Positions 1-13,980 are shown, numbered from the stretch's first letter. The stretch: DNA of 64,000 nt from Azolla caroliniana (GCA_043228905.1 JBHGNT010000004.1:22444001-22508000); one strand, 5' to 3'. Numbers and translations: made by a program. The notes: generated by a model not told the origin, from the sequence alone.

Positions 1-910
1 GGGCAACCGGAGATCTTGGTGGTAGGTCACTTGTGTGGAGCATACGGCCAGAAGCCCTCACCATCCAAAGTGAACGCAATCCAAGACATGAAAGAAGAAT
101 GCAAAAACCAAACGGAGGTTCGAAGGTTCCTTGGAGCGTGCCCGTTTTATCATATATGGATTCCTCACTACGCTCATGTCGCCGAACCGTTATATGGACT
201 ACTAAAGAAAAGAATAAAGTTCGAATGGCGAGACGAGCACACAGAGGCGATGCGAAGATTAAAGAAACTGCTTCTTGAAGCTCTGGCACTAAGGAAGGCC
301 GACTATGCCGAAGGGAAACCAATTTACGTGACCGTAGATACGAGCCCAACCGGAATCGGGTGGGTCATCAATCAAGAAGTTGAAGATAATGCGCGATATG
401 CCGTCCGGTTTGGAGCAAAGGTTCTCAGCGAACGGCAACAAAGATATGCCCAAGTCAAGCGGGAACTTTGGGGTATTGTGTCGGCAGTGAAGACGGAGAA
501 AGATTACCTGATCGGGTCAGAAGTGATAATAGAGACAGATTGTCTCCCAATTCTCGGAATGGTCTCGGGATGTGCGACCCCAAATCTTGCTATGCTAAGG
601 TGGATCGCCTACATCAAGTCTTTAAACCCAGAGATCCGTCACATTGCAGGGAAGAAGAACGCCATGGCTGACATGCTGTCAAGGGCAAGATTTTCAAATG
701 AAAGTAACATGGTTTCGGAAGATGAAGATGTCGCCCTTGACTTCTTCAAGATGGCTCGATTTTCGGCGGAAGACACGGACACGCAAACCCTCCACGCCTT
801 CAACGAGAACGAGTACGAAGGAGAGTGGTTACTAATCGGTAGATTCCTAAGAACATTGACGACAGATGCTTCGTTGACAAAGGAGGAGGCCCTACGAATC
901 TGAAAGAAAG
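1..910 (+). pseudogene. Gypsy element A, pol fragment (RT end and RNase H); same fungal-like non-chromoviral lineage as element C; 5' part lies outside the window
   Basis: ORF 16..903 aligns closely with element C pol (VVGHLCG..., VDTSPTGIGW, KRELWG, IIETDC). CGA->TGA stop at 901-903. Interrupted by B1 at 911 and resumes at 14420. Confidence 0.9.
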
Positions 911-1344
911 TGTTACCGGCCGGCAAAGGAGTCCAGAGTGGGAAACAGAGAGCTAATTAAGTAGTAGGAATGTGGTTGTAATTAAGCTATGAGTGTGGAC
1001 GGACGGACCGGAATCGGTATGCCGTTCCGGATCCGGACCGATCCCGAACAAGTGCGGATGGCACCGTTTTGTAATACAGACCGGAAACCTATTTAAAGGC
1101 CCGGATACAATGTAATAGTTAGCGGTTAATTAATGAAAGCTTAAGCGTTGTTATCTCTCTGTGTTAATTGCCGTTCTGTCTTAATTGTTATATCTTAGGC
1201 GTGTTATTAAAGACGATCCTAATAAGTAACTTAACTAAGTCGGATTAAGCGTTGAAGTCTAATCCGGTTGCCGTAACACCCTTTGGTGAAGTGTCTCACG
1301 TAGACACCCTGTGTTAGGCCATTGTCTGACCCGAAGAGTTAACA
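911..1344 (+). repeat. B1 5' LTR
   Basis: TG...CA termini; about 7 substitutions by eye versus 13981-14414. Confidence 0.95.
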
Positions 1345-1351
1345 CAGTTTT

Positions 1352-1361
1352 TGGCGACCAC
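1352..1361 (+). promoter_or_regulatory. B1 primer-binding site, probably tRNA-Arg(UCG)
   Basis: TGGCGACCAC, 7 nt after the LTR end; complementary to a tRNA 3' end ...GTGGTCG-CCA as recalled for plant tRNA-Arg(UCG). Confidence 0.65.
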
Positions 1362-1397
1362 GATTCCTGTTTTTGCAGCGAATGACGGCACGGATGG

Positions 1398-4300
1398 ATG
1401 TCTAGATCAACGCACGACCTGGTTACAGATCGAACTCGACGCCTTGCTGAAAGGCAAAGGAGACGCCAGGCTTTCCAGCAAGCGGCGTAGGAAATTAGAG
1501 CGTATCGCTCGTTTTCCAACGTAATCCGGAGAGTAGCGGAGGACTCCCTCTGGTTACAGCAAACATCGCACCCGGACGACGACAGCAGCCTAAGCAGCCT
1601 CCGGGAAACCGAATCCCTTCTCCACGCGTTGGCAAACGGAGAAGGCGAAGCAGAGGCCTTTTCAGCATATGAATCGGACTCCGAAGGGGAATACAGCGTG
1701 CACACGAACTACCGTAGAAGTAACGAAACCTCGGGCGGACCGGAGGACGAAGGATAAGATACCTTACCGACACCGGAACCGGAAGTGCTAACGCTGGAAC
1801 CCCCGGAACCAGCAGAAGAAGAACGACCTCCGACACCGGAAGTCGAAGAGGAGAGGCCTTCGTCACCAAAGGAAGAGAAACAACCAACACCGGAATCAAA
1901 TCGGGAAAGAACACCGACACCGGAGAAAATTCCGGAACGAGCACCAACACTACCAGCCCGCGCATCGATACCGGACGACGACATGCCGTTCCAGTACTCC
2001 AAGTATAAAGATGATCCGGACGCGGAAGCTCATGTGCACGCCTTTGAACAGACATGGGAAGCCAACCATGTGTCCCAGCGACTGAGACCGGAGGAAGAAG
2101 AACGCTCTAAGATAGCAGAGTTTGGCGTCACATTGGAGGGACCGGCAGCAAGATGGCGCCGGACGCAGGACCCGTCTACCATCAACACCTTTGCAGATTT
2201 AAAAGCTAAATTCATGCATTTTTTTCAAAAGGAGGTGGACCAGACCGTAATGGTAGGCTTATTTTATACCATCCGGCAAGAGGCAGGGGAGAGCATTCCC
2301 CAATTTGTCATCCGGTTTCAACGGATGCATAGTCAGCTTGCCCGTGCACCCCCGGAGAAGGAATTACGGACGATATTCCTAAACGCGCTCCGGGAACCCC
2401 TACGCACGCACGGTTTGCACGGTAATCGATTTCCGCACAAGTACCATCGACCAGGTCATTGACCGGGTGAAAGAGATGGAAAAGACAAGCTCCTGGCTCA
2501 CACTGGGCGCACTTCAACGGGCATTACCGTCCGATGAAGACCTCCGGTTTTGGCAAGCAATACAGTGCACAACCTGCTTGAATTCCGGACACTTGGCTCT
2601 AGAATGCACTATGAGGACACAATGTGTAATCTGTCAATCCAAGAGCCATACGACGGATAGGTGCGAGTATAATCTGTTGACTCGGCAAGCACCGCCCGTC
2701 CGACAAATTGAGCCACACAGCAGCCGGGATGAAGAAGACGAACGCTGGCGGCGAATGGACCGTGACCGACCGGCACAGGATGTCCGGTATGGCGAGCGAC
2801 GGGAAAATGATGTCCGGTACGGTGATCGGCGAGAGAACTATGACCGGCATAATCGGTACCAGGATTACAATAGACGATACGAACAGTACGACCGGGAGCA
2901 CTCCCCCGGGTATCGTCAGCAACGGGAGGAATACGGCAGATATAACGGGCAACCCCGTCAAGAGTATCGTAATAAGAAGAGCTATAACAAAAAACGGCAT
3001 TTAAAAAAAGGCGGCTACCCCCGGGATCCGGAACAAGGCGCTCCAAGTAACCAACCGGTACAAAACCCCGCGCGTACCGTAGGACCTACCCCGGGAACAA
3101 CAGACAAGGCCGAATCTAGCAATGCCCGGAAAGCCTACTGTTACTACTGCCGACAGGAAGGCCATTATAGTAACCAATGCCCGGTGAAGAGCTATGAAAA
3201 ATGACCGGCGGTAAATATGGTCATCCCTGAGGTGGCAGACCTGCAGCAGGTGACCACAAGGTCGACGGGCATGGCCAAAGAATGGGAGACACAGGAGACC
3301 ATCCACAAACAAGCAACGGAATGGGTAAAGAAAGCAAACAAGCAGAATGTCACAGACTTACAGCAGCAAAAGGAGACCACCGCAGGGCTTGCCGGCGGTA
3401 GTCACTCCGAGAACGAGACATGGCAGGCGTTGCAAGAATGCCAGGTTACGTTACCACTAGAAAGACTCCTACAACTCATGCCTAGATTCACGGAAGGACT
3501 GAAGACGGCCATGACGGTAGGAGAACCATCACCGGCACCGGTACTCTTCTCGAATCCGGAGGAGGGACAAACAGTGGTAGACACCAGCAATCCGGTAATC
3601 ACTGCCATTGTAAAAGGGAAAGAACTCCCCGGCACAGTTATAGACGGAGGCTCTGGGGTAGTGCTACAATTATAGGGACAAGGCGCATACCCGCTATTGC
3701 TGGGGTGGCCATGGTTGAAAACGGCACATATCAAACAGAATTGGCGAAAAAATATAATTACCTTCCGGCGAGGAAAAGCCAAGGTACGGGTACCAACACA
3801 GCCAAGGACGAGCACTGGCAAGGAATGTATACCGTTGTATGCGGAATGCGTCAACATGCTCGAAGGGTTAGCGGACGAAGAAGAAGCTCAATACCTGCAG
3901 GAAAACCCGAAGATCATACCCCTCTTCGAAATTGACATTGCCGAAGCCGTAGCACCGTACTTACCGCAACCGGAAGAGGCGGAAGTAGAACCGGATAAAG
4001 ACGCAATCCGGGAGTTACGGCAAGCGCAGGAAGCGTTGGAACGGGAAATGGCCGTTTCACAGCGCGTAAAAGCATCGCAATTGGAAGAGGTGAATTTAGG
4101 CACCACGGACGAAGCAAAACCGGTGCACATCGCCAAGGAGATGAAGTCCGAAGACAAAACGGCGATGACATTAAGAGATGCGGTACGGTACGCAAAAGAA
4201 TGTGACCTATGCCAGAGAATGGGCCAGCCAACGGAGCAGGCTCGTATGCCACACCAGCCGGTACTACCACTCGAGCCATTCCAAAAGTGGGGGCTGGACT

Positions 4301-5256
4301 TTGTAGGACCGTTCAAGCCACCGGCAATGAGAACGGGTAATCGGTACGTTATCGTTGCTACGGATTACTGCACGAAATGGGTGGAGCCCAAAGCTTTACG
4401 GGATAACACCGCTGTGTCAACGACAAAGTTTCTATATGAGTACATCTGGTGCCGTTACGAATGCCCCATTGAATTGAGAAGTGACCAAGGGGGGCACTTT
4501 CTTGGACAAGTAGTGGAAAGCCTAAAGACCTTCTATGCCGTGGTCCACAAACGAAGCACACCTTACTATCCACAGGCGAACGGATTAGCGGAATCAACAA
4601 ACAAGACGCTCCAGAATATCCTTCGGAAGATCGTCAACGAGAAACGGACGGATTGGGACACAAAGCTACATAGCGCGCTTTGGGCATACCGGACGACATA
4701 CAAAACGAGCATCCGAACAACACCGTTCCGGTTGGCATTCAGACTCGAGGCGGTCATGCCGGTAGAATTCCAAGTACCTAGCTTACGGATCCAGCTACGA
4801 GAACGGCTGAACGAGAAGGAGTCCGAGACAATAAGGCTGACAGCGCTGTGTGAGTTGGAGGAACAACGGTTGGCCAACATCCTACATTTAGAATTGGAGC
4901 AACGGCGACGGAAAGCATTCGTCGACTGGCACAGGAAAGGTAACGAAAAAATGTTCGCAATCGGCAAACCGGTGTTAGTATTCCAAACCCGGATGGGCAA
5001 GATGCCGGGTAAACTAAGGTTTAGATGGACCGGACCATATTGGCTAACACGGGAGTATAATGGGTCATACCAGTTGGGGACACTTGCCAGCGAAGTGCTA
5101 GGCAAATGGGTCAACGGATTCCGGTTAAAGGCATATAGAGGACCGATGCCTAAGAACCCGTTTGAGCAAAGGACCGACGGCAACCACCAAGACGGCAAGC
5201 CGGGAACCGGAGAGAATGAGGCCGATAAGGGTCCGGGAGGACCAACGGACATGTGA
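1398..5256 (+). pseudogene. B1 gag-protease-integrase, lacking RT and RNase H
   Basis: Capsid-like region, three CX2CX4HX4C knuckles, DGGSG protease motif, integrase WGLDFVGP/SDQG/YPQANGLAE. Contains stops and a 4-nt frameshift, plus in-frame deletions relative to B2 at ~3660 and ~4168. Confidence 0.9.
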
Positions 5257-5630
5257 CGTCACACTAATAATAATAATAACTAGAAAAAAAAAAAAAAACA
5301 ATCATGCAAAAGCGAGGAATGAATGGATGAAAGAGCGTGGAGCGAAAAGGTACGTAGTGGGCATTTAAAGCGCCACCACAGGACATAATGCTATTTTAAG
5401 TACGCGACATGCACAAACTCGAAAAAGGCGCCAGAATGCACAGACAAAAACCATTGTGCGTAGAGACCCTCTACTTTCGCGAACCCAGGAGCACAGAAGC
5501 ACCGAAACGTTGCAAGATCATCAGACGAGAACCTGCGCACAGAGAACCCCCGCCTTCTGAACTCTCTCTTTCTCAACCCCGCTCTCATCACCATCCATCC
5601 TCGTCACTGCAATCCGACCCCGACACAGAG

Positions 5631-6709
5631 ATGGACCCGCAAACGCTGTCGGAAGCCGCCAAGACATGGCTGAAGCAACAAGGGCTCGAGGGCTTCTTGA
5701 TGATGATGGAAGTACCGCCACACAAAGAAGCCGACAAAGTGATCAAGGAAATCGATACAGAGGTCATAACGGCAGAGGCGATTCGAGCGTTAACAGGCCT
5801 TCTGGAGGGAGGCATACTCACGATCGACAATCCAACCTCGGAGCAACTCATCAGGTATTTTGGTGAGTACTCTCTTGCCAGCAAGGGCTACTAGACACAG
5901 GGCGGCGGAGATATGCTGTTCCGCGAAATTGCTCGTGTGCTCCATGAATACGGCCACGTGTACCCTAGACCCCCTGTCATGCCGCAGAACCGGGCAGGGA
6001 TGATCATCGCCACCTATGAAGGGATCAAGGTGGATTGGCCGGTATTGATCGCAGATGGGTTGTGTGCGGCGATCGAGATCGTCAGAGGCAAAGACGGCAA
6101 AGAAGGCCGAGACGGACGAAGGATATGGCACGCCGTAACGTAGTGGCTCACCTTGCTGGTGCCACCCGTTCAGACCGTCCAGCCCAAGAAGCGAGGAAGA
6201 GTGCCGGACGGCACCCCAAGGACGGCTTCCAAACGGCAACAACTGTTGGCCTCTAAGGCCAGTAAGGGAAAGGCGGTGGATGTAGAATAGGCGGCAGCAG
6301 GAAGCGGAAGCCGGAAGCGCCCATCGGAGGTGCAGGAGGAACCACCGGCACGGCCCGTAAAGGTCACACTCCGCCGACCGGTGAATCGAGAAGTGGACCC
6401 CTTGGCGGCAAAACTCAATGCCGGAGCTCAGGAGAAGGAAATAGAGGAGGAGCCTACACAGCACCTCCAGCGACGGTCGTCGGCAAGGACCGTTGAGACA
6501 GCCGGGAAACGTTCGGACCCTCAGAAGGAGGGAACACCGGCTCCGCATACTGAGACTCCCACGCCAAGGAAGGAACCGGAACCGGTGCAGATGGCACCAG
6601 AAACAGAAGCCCCGGCACCACCGGCAACACCGGCAAGTCCCATCCCGCCAGAGCCGGAAAGGTCACTGCAGCCTCCCTCGGTCAGCCAAGAAGAAGCGCA
6701 AGGGGAACC
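5631..6709 (+). pseudogene. B1 extra ORF (ORF3), N-terminal part
   Basis: ATG 5631 (MDPQTLSEAAK...). One frame through ORF pieces 5913 and 6330, with TAG stops that are sense codons in B2. Cut by D1. Confidence 0.8.
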
Positions 6710-9700
6710 TGTTGGAGACAGAGGTCGTCAATGCGGAAGATCAAATAGCATTCGATTCGTGTTGAGAACCTGCGTATGACAGTTTGCAAGATCATGCACA
6801 GAGACAGAGAGAGAGAGAGAGGCACAAAAGACTTTCTATTCAATAGAAACAATAATACAACCAACCTTACAAAAAGGTTACAAGGTCACTATATATAGTG
6901 ACCGACTTAGGGCAACTACCATTTATTCTAATTACACAAATGGCCCAAACTTGATCTATACAAAGGGATAGTGTGAATATGTCCATTATACACTTGTATT
7001 CGACACTCCCCCGTAATGGGCGTATACATGGGTTATCTAAGATTACAGGTATAAACCTAGGTTCTCGGACATATCAGTTTTGTTCGAGTCGGCAGGGTCC
7101 AAAGGCAGAAGACCGGACTGGTCGGGTCGGAAGAGTTGAAGCCGATCATTAAGGAACTGATGTCGGTTGTCTGAAACCATCCTGCGCTGTGTCCGGCTCT
7201 AACCGGACTGGTTTGTCGTTACGCCCATCTGATGCCGAAGGGACCGAAAGCGGTCTGCCGAAAGACACTTGGTCATTCCATCTGCGACATTGTCGGTTGT
7301 GGATATTTTCTCTAGACCGATTTTCCCTGAAATGACGCAGTCCCGAACGAAGTGATATCGAACGTCGATATGTTTGGAGGCGTTGTGGTGAACCGGATTT
7401 TTCGACAAGGCAACAACACCTTGACTGTCGCTATAGACAACTGGGGCCGAGTCATGGTCGACTTGTCGAAACGTGTGCGCCAGCCGGCCGAGCCACAAAG
7501 CTTCTTTTGCAGCGTCGGACGCAGCTACATATTCTGCTTCGGTCGTTGAGGTCGCTGTGCACTCCTGAAGTTTCGACTTCCACGAAATTGCTCCATTGCC
7601 GAATTTGAAGCAGTATCCGGTTGTTGATTTCTGACTGTCTATACAGCCGGCGAAGTCCGAGTCGGTGTAACCGACTACGCCTGAGGTTGAGTTCGGACCG
7701 AAAAGAATGCCGTGATCTTTTGTGCCAGCCAGATATTTGAACACATGCTTGACTGCGTTCCAATGCGATCGGCCAAGATTGTGCATAAATCTGCTAACGA
7801 CTCCTACGGCCTGAGAGATATCAGGCCGTGTCGCGACCATCAGGTACATAAGGGAGCCGACTGCCGGTGCATACGGTACCGACTTCATATCTTCCCCCTC
7901 CGGACCGGATGTCGGGCAGTCTCGCTGAGAGAGCCGAAGATTCATGGGGAGCGGGGTTGAAGCAGATTTGGTTGATTGCATGTTGAAGCGTTCCAAGACA
8001 CGTCCGATATAGTCGGTCTGAGACAAAAAAAGATGTTGTTTGTCGCGATGCCGACTAATCTTCATGCCAAGTATGTGTCGTGCCGGACCGAGGTCCTTCA
8101 TGGCAAACTTCAACCGCAGTTGCCGAATGAGATCGGCAAGTTCGCCCGCGTGGCGTCCAGAAATTAGCATGTCGTCCACGTAGATGATGAGGAAGATGGG
8201 TGATCCATCTTGAGCTGTGTTGGTAAAAAGACAATGGTCCTCATCGCTTTTTGAGAAGCCGATCGATTGGATGAAGTCGTCGAACTTCTTGTACCATTGT
8301 CGCGGTGCCTGTTTGAGGCCGTATAGACTCTTCCTGAGTCGGCAGACTAGATGTTCTTGGCCAGTTGCCACGAAGCCTTTTGGCTGTTCCATATAAATTT
8401 CCTCTTCAAGATCACCATGGAGGAAGGCTGTTTTGACATCTAGCTGAATCAGCTCCAAGTTGTCGGCTGCCACTACGCCGAGTAGAAAACGAAGGGTTGT
8501 CATTTTCACCACTGGTGAAAAAATCTCGTCGAAGTCGACGCCATATTCTTGTCGGAAGCCCTTCGCAACTAATCTGGCCTTGTACTTTGGGGTGGTCGAA
8601 TCAGACGTCTCTTTTAGTCGATAAACCCACTTGCAAGGAAGAGCACGTCGATTCTTAGGTAATTCGACCAGATCCCAAGTCTTGTTTGCCCGAATGGAGT
8701 GCATTTCCGACTCCATCGCCAGATGCCAGGTGGCTGAATCGACAGAAGTCGATGCTTCTTCGTAAGACGTCGGTTCGCCGGCGTCGGTGAAGAAAATTCC
8801 AGGAGAATACCTCTCCGGAGGTTGCGACAGTCTCTCGGATCGTCGAGGTATGATTGGATTGGTCGCATCGGGTATCGAGGTCGGATGGTCCGAAAGCGAA
8901 TTATTCTGCTGTGCCGAGTCAGAGTTGTCCGAGTCGGTGGTGTAAGGTTCAGCTACCCGTGAAGCTGACCGTGTGTTAAGAGCGGGGCCTTCTTGAAGGG
9001 TCGGCACATCGGAAAATGTTACCCTTCGGACTTCGATCGGTTTTTCGACTGATGGATTCATAGCCGACTCGTTGAACACAACGTCCGAACTTCGAACGAT
9101 TTGTCTGCGTTCGGGGTCCCAGAGTCGGTATCCCATTTCGCCGTCTGATCCATATCCAAGGAAAATGCATTTCCTGGACCGAGGTGCAAGTTTTCGGCGA
9201 TCATCTTTCGGAATAAGGGCGTACGCCTCGCATCCGAAGATCCTCAGCTTGTCGTAATTCGGCTTACTGCCGATCCATAGTTCCTGAGGAATTTGAAGTC
9301 CTAGAGGTCTACTTGGCGACATATTGATTATGTGTACTGCCGTGAGTAGAGCCTCTGCCCAGAAGCCATCCGACAGTCCGGAGTGTTGGAGCATGGAAAC
9401 TATCCGTTCTTGGATTGTCCGATTCATGCGTTCTGCAATCCCGTTTTGCTCCGGACTGTGTGGTGCCGTAAATTCACGTCGGATGCCGCGTTGTCGGCAG
9501 AATTTGACGAATTCTTCTGATTTGAACTCTCCCCCATTGTCGGTCCGAAAGCATTTCAGTTTTCGGTCAGTTTGATTTTCTACCATAGCGAGCCAATCGG
9601 AGAAGATCGAGAAGACACGATCTTTGGTGCGAATTGGATAAGCCCACACCTTTCGAGTCGAATCGTCAATAAAACTGACGAAGTAAGAGGCACCGCCGAG

Positions 9701-12225
9701 AGACTGATGCGGCATTGGGCCACAGACGTCCGAGTGGACTAAATCGAGAGGTCTCGTTTCTCTTGGTGCTGATGTCGGGTGTGATGCGGCTGCTTGTTTG
9801 CCATACTGGCAATGTTCGCAGAATTGATGGTCTGAGAAGGAGAGTTTAGGGATGTATCCGGCTCTAGATAGGTGCGTAATGCCGGCCTTGCTGAGGTGTC
9901 CTAATCTTCTGTGCCATAGTGATGACACAGGAATATCCACCAAAAACAGGTTACCCTCTCTGAGCGTAACATGTAACGGATACAGTGAGTGTATCTTGGG
10001 TCCTCTAGCAAGCAGGAGGTTCCCCCTGTGGAGTGTCCACCCTCCCGAAGAAAAACCGGCACGAATGCCGTCTTCATCTAGTTGTCCGACTGAGATCAAT
10101 GGCCTTGAGAGCTCGGGTACATGTCGGACATTGTGAAGTACAAGTGTAGAGCCACCTGCAAGGTTGAGCTCTACTGTGCCGATTCCAATGATGTCACAGT
10201 GTTGCGAGTTGTCGACTCGAACTGAGTCGGAGTGACGGATCGTATATTGCCGAAATTGGGATCGATGAGGAGTCACGTGAAATGACGCGCCCGAATCTAA
10301 GAGCCATGTGCTCGATTCTTCAGTCGTGAGCAGAACTTCTGATCCGACTGGATTTTCGATTGATAGTATATTCGGGTCGTTTGGTAGCACATCAGCTGAG
10401 AAGCTGACGTAATTGATCTCCTCATGCCGGCCACTCTTCTTGTCTGATTTCTGAGACTTGTCGTTCTTGTTCTTGAGTGCGCGGCAGTCGGCTTTGATGT
10501 GTCCGGGTTTCTTGCAATAGTTGCAGATTCGATTATCCCGTGACTGGCTCCGTCTTCGCTGATTGTTCGGCTGCCGTGAGGAATCTCTTCCTCGTATGTT
10601 CGATCGGTCTATCGAACCTTGTACTACATAAGCGTCGTCTGTTGAGTCTTTGGCGAAAGACTTTCTCTGAGCTGCTTCGGTCAGGATTGCGCTCGTGACT
10701 TCGGAGTATTTAACAGCCGTGGTTGACGCGTTGCACACAGTTGTGACGAAAGTTTCCCATGATGAGGGAAGGCTGCTCATGAGTATCATTGCTCTGAGTT
10801 CATCCTCGATTGCCGTCCCCTGAGATGAGATTTGGGAGCTTATGCTTTCGTACTCATTGAGATGTGCTTGAACCGAATCTGATTCCTTCATCCGTAGGTT
10901 GTAGAGGCGCCGGATCAGAAACATCTTCGTTGCAGCGACCTTCTTTTCGCAGGTGTCCGACAGTGTTTTCCACAGTTCGAATGCTGTCGTACACGATTGC
11001 ACCGTAAAGTATACCGATTCCGATAGGTGCATCCGAATCGTGGCGCGGACGATTCTGTCTAGCTTCTGCCACTCAATTGGTTTGTATCCTTCTGGAGGTT
11101 CTTCATTTTCGATGGGATCGATTTGCCCCTTGACTATGAGATAGTCCTGCATTTGCTCCTTCTAGAAGTTGAAGTTTGATCCATCGAACTTTCGTAGACT
11201 CATTTCTGACGAGCCGGATGTTGATGCCATCAAATTTGGTTTCGGTTGACGAAGCTCGGTTCGGAGTTGACTACGAACCTTGTTGGAGTGCAGCCGGTTG
11301 GCTCACCCGATATCGTTCTAGTCGGATTTGAACCTGAGTCGGTTCGGCTTCGGATATATGTATTGTTGAACTTGCTCGAATTGACTCCGGTAACTTGAGG
11401 GACAGAACCGACTGGTCTTCCCGAATGTTGCCGAGTCGGAGTGAGCCCGGTTCGCTTCCGAATATATATGCCAAATACCGATTATTGAAACCGATTGTCT
11501 GGACCGATTCTGCTTCGGGTGACTGCAGCGATGAGAGAGACGGATCCAACTGATCCTCCCGAATGTCGATCAGCCGGATGAAGCACGAATTGGGGTTGTT
11601 GTCTTGAGACCGATCTACACCGAGTGGTTACAATGAGCGGCGAGCAGTGTTTGATGACCTCTTCGGATGCCGTTTAACCGAGTGGAGCACGATCGTGTCA
11701 ATGTTGCACAAGGGGATTTCACCTCGAGCGGTTACGATCACAAGGAACAGAGTACAACCTGCTGGCTTACTCCAAGCGAAGATGATCTAACGCGATGAGA
11801 TGCAAGCCTCGTTTTTCTTCTTCTTCTCTCTTCTTCGAATGACGCAAGAAACCGAATGCTGTGCAGGCTGAGACGACGGCCGACAGCGGGATGAAGGACC
11901 GAATACTGTGCAGGCTCTGATACCAGATGTTGGAGACAGAGGTCGTCAATGCGGAAGATCAAATAGCATTCGATTCGTGTTGAGAACCTGCGTATGACAG
12001 TTTGCAAGATCGTGCACAGAGACAGAGAGAGAGAGAGAGAGGCACAAAAGACTTTCTATTCAATAGAAACAATAATACAACCAACCTTACAAAAAGGTTA
12101 CAAGGTCACTATATATAGTGACCGACTTAGGGCAACTACCATTTATGCTAATTACACAAATGGCCCAAACTTGATCTATACAAAGGGATAGTGTGAATAT
12201 GTCCATTATACACTTGTATTCGACA
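6710..12225 (-). mobile_element. Ty1/Copia LTR retrotransposon D1 (Tork/Tnt1-like), full length
   Basis: LTRs 6710-7005 and 11928-12225; TSD GAACC at 6705-6709 and 12226-12230; tRNA-iMet PBS TGGTATCAGAGCC (11925-11913); PPT ACGGGGGAG (7014-7006). Confidence 0.97.
7199..11230 (-). pseudogene. D1 gag-pol polyprotein (GAG-PR-INT-RT-RH) with one early nonsense codon
   Basis: 1317-aa open ORF 11152-7199 with CNYCKKPGH, LDSGAS, HSDVCGP, YVDD and KHIDVRYHF. True ATG is at 11230; TGG->TAG near 11163. Confidence 0.92.
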
Positions 12226-12230
12226 GAACC

Positions 12231-13926
12231 AGGACAGCAGGATGGTCCACGAGCAGAAAAGGAACTGCAACTCGGCGAAACCAGGCGGGACCACCCCTCT
12301 ACAAGTGAGCCCATCTATCAAACCTCCGTGCAAGCACAACAAGGCACCGGTAGCCTGTGGCTCCGGTGGATAGGCGAACAGATAGCCGGAGTAGTGGGGT
12401 ATATAGAGGCGGAAGAAAGAGCGCAAAGCGAACGGTTGCTCGTCACAACCGAACAACTAGAGATGGCCCGGTCCAGAATCCGGTGCCTTGAAAAAGATTT
12501 GGATCAGGTCACGACAGAGATGGCCAAAATACGGATCCAATCACCGGTGACTCCGGTAAGTGTACAGAATAAAGAAACGGAACGACCTGTACATAGCAAT
12601 AAGACCCCGACAACGGAAACCGTTCCGGCGAGAGATGTGGTGCAAGCTCGGGAGCTTGCGGAATTGAGAGAGGAACTTGCCGCACAAGAAGCGTTAAGGA
12701 GCCGTGAACGAGAATTGAAGACGACAGCCAAAGCCGAATTAAAGAAGACTGCTGAGAACCTCCGCCGGGCAGAGGAGAGCCTCCGGAAAGGCCATCAAGC
12801 GTACGACCGGCTAAAGGAGGAGAAAGACAAAGTGCTGCAGGAAAAGGACAAGCTGCGAAAAACGGCGGAAACAGAGATTGAATTTCTAAAGGAAGAGCTC
12901 TGCCAGCAGAAGGACCGCGAGGACCGGGCCCGTCGTCAGATCAACGCACGGCTCAAGCAAAAGACGGATGATTTTGAGCACCTGCACCGGGACTACAAAC
13001 GGCTGGAAACAGAGCATAAAGAACGGATGGCCGAGCTCCAGCAGGCAGTTGATCTGGCCGCGACGACGATCGCCGAAGAACGGGCGGAAAATACAAGACG
13101 CTTGGAAGAGGCGGAGAAGGTCCGGATGGAGCTCCAGAGGCAGCAGCAGGAAGACAAAGAGAGAGCGTCAACAGTATTGCAGAAATTACAAAGGACATAT
13201 CAAAGGCAATTGACGCATTACAAGGCGCAGGCGGAGGACAACGTCAAAATCATCAAACAACTGAAGGAGAAACGGCAAGCGGCGGAAACCAAATCGCAAT
13301 TGTGAACGAGCCGGATTCAGTCCATCCTCCGGGCATGGCTGAATCAAACGAAACACTTGATTAATGAAAGCTCCGTAAAATGGTGGACAAAGTGGGCACA
13401 AAACGCGGCGGAACTCCAGTTGCTACGGGTGGATGTGGCAAACCGGCGGAAGGAAGGAGATGACTGTTATACGTTGACTTCCGAGGACTTCATCGCCATA
13501 CGGGACGAGCTGGCCGACGACTTCCAAGTCCTGGCAGATGAACAGCTTGCGCAGGTCAAGCAGCTCGTAGCTCAGATGGACGATGATAGGCTGGATGCTC
13601 AAATCTAGTTTGAAAGCTACGAGCGGTCTCGGGTACAGGAAGAAAAAGCACGAGAAGCGACAGCGGTTAACCTTAGTGATGAGGAACCGTCGCCGGCTGA
13701 GGGCCAGCCGGGAACCAGTCGACCGGAGACCACTATGACGCAGGGAGCAATGACGGAGACGCCGGTGTAAGAGCCACAAACGGAGGAGCAGCCGCAACAA
13801 CCACCAACGGACCCGCCACAGCAGACAACAACAGAGCAGCAACAGCAACAACAACAATAACCACTTCTAGATGAACCATTGGAGCTTCTCGAACAAAGCA
13901 TTCTAGACATTTTGGACGAAGAATAG
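12231..13926 (+). pseudogene. B1 ORF3, C-terminal coiled-coil part
   Basis: Continues in frame across the D1 TSD. Long E/K/R/Q heptad-rich region, internal stops at 13303, 13606, 13768 and 13858, ends ILDILDEE*. Confidence 0.8.
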
Positions 13927-13980
13927 CAAGGGTCGGTTGTGAATTCGACGTACAAGGTACTGTCCCACGGGCGTGCCATG

